DNA of 64,000 nucleotides, from contig CM059432.1 of assembly GCA_030390025.1 (NCBI GenBank), forward strand, positions 1,302,001 to 1,366,000, written 5' to 3'. Origin of the DNA: Squalus acanthias (taxonomy: Eukaryota). A program made the position numbers and the translations under genes. Positions 62,451 through 64,000 of the stretch are shown here, in pieces (within the stretch, counting starts at the first letter, position 1; the number at the start of each line of letters is the position of its first letter). Below the pieces are notes generated by a model. It searched no databases. It was not told the DNA's origin and was given only the letters and a program-made list of their open reading frames with translations.

Positions 62451-63527
62451 TTCGTTTTACCTGCCCAGATTGTACTAAAAATGCATCTCCACAGCAGAGG
62501 AACCTCAAGGCCAGAGGGGCGGGGGTGTATATAATTAGTCCTGATTATTTTTCCAATTATGGCAAGGTTGGGGCTGTGCTATTCCGTGGTATGGACCACC
62601 AATAGCAGGGATGGTTTTGCTAAATTTTTATAGGCAAGCCCCAATCCTTCATTAGAAACGACTCTTTGTGCTTGGAAAATGTATACAGGTTGATTGGCCA
62701 GAAGTTATAAATTGGTCAAACCAACAGCTCTTAAAGGACTTGGAGGAGAATTATCTGTTTTACTTGAGGGACAACAGATTTAGCATTGTGTGGGCGGAGG
62801 ATGGCTCAAAGCCTTCAGTAATGATTCCTTGGAATCGCTGATGCAAGAAGTGAAGGAGGGTGGTGTTGTTGGCCAGGTGCAAGCTGCATAGATGCAGGTC
62901 ACTCATGAGGTGAATGCAGTCTGCTGTACCTGGAAATAAATTAGGAACAGGTTTAGTGGCACCAGAAGAGCTAAGGTCTATGCACCACCTTGAATTACAC
63001 ATGCACTTTTTCTTCAGACTCGACACGGAATGTTGAACTGCTCGCACTTGGGTAGATAAGCTGTGAAGCATGCACAAAGCATTGGCTTTTTATTTTTTGC
63101 AGTCATCTTTCATACAATAGAAGCTGAACATTTGCTGTGTGGGAGGGGGGGGGGGAAATAATACTGCACACACAATCCTTCACTGTTCAGTTGTAAAAAT
63201 GCTATGTTAGAAAAGCACCATGCAGACTTGTGTAAAAAGACCCAGTTTCAGCGGGCTTCACAGGGCTTCTATTTTGTGTGCTCAGGCACTTGCTAACAGT
63301 TTCATTATTGTGCTGCTGCTTACACGCCAAGACTGTTCACATTGGGAAAGGACCATTGTGCCAGTTGTGCTGAAGCAGCTGTATGATTTTGAAGAGATAG
63401 CCCTTGTTCTTTCTGGATGCAAATATATACAGGGTATTGGCGAGAGAGAGTTTGGAGGTGTGGTGCCACCACTCGGCAATTTAGAATGTAGCTGTGGATC
63501 CCTTTAAATAACATTGCTACAGCTTGG

Positions 63528-63896
63528 GTACGGTAGCATAGTGGTTATGTTACTGGACTAGTAATCCAGAGGCCTGGACTAATGATCCGGAGACTGTGAG
63601 TTCAAATCCCATCACGGCAGCTGGGGAATTTAAATTCAAATAAATAAATCTGGAATAAAAAGCTAGTATCAGTAATGGTGACCATGAAACTACCGGATTG
63701 TCGTAAAAACCCATCTGGTTCACTAATGTCCTTTAGGGAAGGAAATCTGCCGCCCTTGCCCGGTCTGGCCGATATGTGACTCTTAACTAGCCTCTGAAAT
63801 GGCTTAGCAAGTCAGTTGTATTCAAGAAGGCGGCTCACCACCACCTTCTCAAGGGGCAATTGGGGATGGGCACATCCCGTGAATGAATTTAAAAAA
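63528..63896 (+). mobile_element. tRNA-derived SINE with LINE-B tail
   Basis: TAGCATAGTGG A box, GAGTTCAAATCC B box, tail TTCAAGAAGGCGGCTCACCACCACCTTCTC. Confidence 0.8.
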
Positions 63897-64000
63897 GCTT
63901 GCCTCCTGACTGTTGTCAACAAGAATTACTGGGCAGGTTTAAGAATCAGTGAATGGGGGAGCTCTCACAACTGAATTTAATAAGCCCCTCCACCACTATC

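Overview
Repeat-dominated vertebrate genomic DNA. The mix of CR1 and L2 LINEs, Deu-domain and V/HE1-like SINEs, Penelope and PIF/Harbinger elements looks like a cartilaginous fish (inference). Host-gene content is small: (i) two coding exons (54713-54854, 54992-55045, +) of a CABYR-like RIIa dimerisation/docking protein; (ii) a phase-1 terminal exon (10837-11669, +) with polyA signal, encoding an acidic, repeat-rich tail that may belong to an upstream tandem CABYR-like paralog; (iii) a CpG-rich promoter-like region (~17575-18040) abutting a GC-rich higher-order minisatellite. Main mobile-element observations: an apparently intact full-length CR1 with a doubled 3' tail, a CRE/CCAAT/twin splice-donor module shared by two CR1 5' UTRs, two Penelope-derived insertions with minimal hammerhead ribozymes and 13-bp flanking direct repeats, Harbinger MITEs and decayed transposase/Myb genes, and several nested insertions. 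Family names come from motif recognition only; no database search was run, and repeat boundaries are approximate.
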